64,000 nt of DNA from Ruditapes philippinarum (lineage: Eukaryota), in assembly GCF_026571515.1 (NCBI RefSeq), contig NW_026857303.1:124001-188000 (forward strand). Direction: 5' to 3'. The position numbers were made by a program, and so were the translations under genes. The notes under the pieces were generated by a model, which had not been told where the DNA came from, ran no database searches, and worked only from the letters and a program-made list of their open reading frames with translations. Shown piece by piece: positions 62,291 through 64,000 of the stretch; positions within the stretch are counted from its first letter, which is position 1, and each line of letters begins with the position of its first letter.

Positions 62291-62515
62291 ATTCCCCTCG
62301 GCTTCGAGAACTTTGACCCCAAAGTTTGAACGAAGTAAGAATTATGAAAGTTTTTAGACGAAGGTATTTAAACATAATGTTTTTAAATTAAATACAAACA
62401 AAGAATAAAAAGTGAAAGTCATATTACAAATATATGAGTTTACAAAAATTAAAAGAATATACATCAATATACAACAGTGAGAGTCAATGCTAAATAGTAA
62501 CTGTCCTGGTGGTAC

Positions 62516-64000
62516 TTATTGATGTCTAATTGGTATGAGTAGGTTATTGTGTTTTTGATAAAAGTAAACATAGAATGGTTTTGTAAAAATATTTTGTAGT
62601 TTGTTTGCTATGGTCATACTAAGAGGAATTGCTGAAGAAACATAAAGAATTGTTTCAGACTGTTTGTCCACTATAGAGAAGCCAGGCCAACATACAGTTA
62701 ACTTGCATGACAGACAATGCTTTTCAATGTTAAAATCAGATACTGAAGCAGGGACATTGATATGGTAACTAGATGGGCACCTGGGCAACCGAATAATGTC
62801 AAGTAGAACACAGTCATCATTGTTTAAGATCTCTAGACACACTGTAGAGTTTTTACTTTTACAATTCTTTTTAAACAAGTAGATAGCAATCAAAATAAGT
62901 ATGAGAAGAAGCAAAACAAAATTTGAATGTTCCCATTTTAAGTCCAAAGACAGAGACTGATTTAGCTGTGGAGCTGCAGTTTTTGGTTTGTAAATAAAAC
63001 TAGGAACTGTAGATGGAAGCCCTTTGACTTGTTGCACCTGTTGTATAATTAATAAGGCCGTGCTTTGTTTCCTTACTCTATGGAATGTATATAAGAGTAA
63101 GATTGTCAAAAATACAGTTACATTCATAGTATATAACAACAATATTTCATTTGCAAAGGAAATAATATATGGCATAGCAATATCTAATGGGTATTCAATC
63201 TCAAAACTTTGGTACCAAAAGTCACTTGCAATGAACACAGGGTTTTCTTTCTTTAAGAGAATTCCGTGATTAAGCTGTTTCACATTTTCTGTTCTTTCAC
63301 TTAAATAAATCAGACCGAACATGACCATTATGCACATTAGTACACACATCAGAATAGAGCCATCACTGAACCCTGGGCATCTTCTGCACTGTGCCTCTGA
63401 GTTGTTCTGTCGTGCCATTTTCAGTTGTTGGTTTTCCTGTCTTTGATCCTGGTTCTGTTGTCTCTGGTGCCTTTGTCTACTCCATGTTTGATTATAAGTC
63501 TGTTTGAGCTCAAGCTTTGACAGTTTCTTATTTATAGCACACAACTGTTCATTGATATTGTCACTGATTTGTGTGGCAGCCACTGGTGCAATTGTCACTG
63601 GAATATTTGTAGCTGCTAAAGTTTGTTCAGCAAGGCTGCAAGCCTTCCGCAAATCTTCAAGTGTCTTGTGATTTTGTGGCATTACAATCTGTTTTACACT
63701 ATTTGATAATCCTTTTAAAGTTAAACTAATAAGTAAACCTTCAGGATACTGTTTGTTGGCTATTGTTTGGTAAATCCTAGTGAAGTAGGATGCTGTGCTT
63801 TCACCTGGCAGTTGCTGTAAGTTAAATAGAGCCATATCAGCATTAAGGCCATTACTACCATTAAAACGTAGTCGCAAGGCTGTTGTCAATTGATTAAGGT
63901 CAGATGTCACCTCATCAGACTGCATGTGTAACCAAGCCAGTGCATGGTCTCTCAAGTAGAAAGGAATGAGTCTTGCTCTTTTATCTCTAGCTACGGCATT
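62516..64000 (-). mobile_element. LTR retroelement ORF: Gag (capsid-like) fused to an Env-like multi-TM region, no Pol; 5' end outside the window
   Basis: Frame is open to the window edge (NAVARDKRARLIPFYLRDHALAWL...). Gag-like motifs FYLRDHALAW, LRLRF, LQQLPGESTASYFTRI, LKGLSNSVKQIV; partial knuckle CRRC; then three hydrophobic segments and a Cys-containing C-terminal domain. Confidence 0.75.

Overview
AT-rich, intron-containing animal genomic DNA, most likely from a bivalve mollusc (inferred from the C1q-domain gene, the mollusc-type Mab-21 proteins and the SINE types). Genes in order: a 7-exon Tbx20 (minus, 9013-19279); a 3-exon secreted C1q-domain gene (minus, 22933-24397); an 8-exon imidazolonepropionase AMDHD1 (plus, 32881-37692, exon 5 locally garbled, probably an assembly error); two tandemly duplicated ~840-aa cGAS-like receptor (Mab-21 nucleotidyltransferase) genes, each with a single coding exon (plus, 39678-42200 and 45259-47790); and the first five exons of a Rab22/Rab31-like GTPase (plus, 55975-60105). 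The last Rab intron carries an antisense LTR element with an open gag-env fusion ORF that lacks pol and runs off the window edge. MITEs, SINEs and LINE remnants are scattered throughout. Best candidate for a new system: the cGLR pair, with intact catalytic residues, an uncharacterised C-terminal half, a basic NLS-like tail and IRF/ETS-like promoter motifs. Next best: the gag-env chimera and a 21-bp tandem array of in-frame splice donors in AMDHD1. Exon models were read by eye from GT-AG sites and frame continuity; no database search was run.
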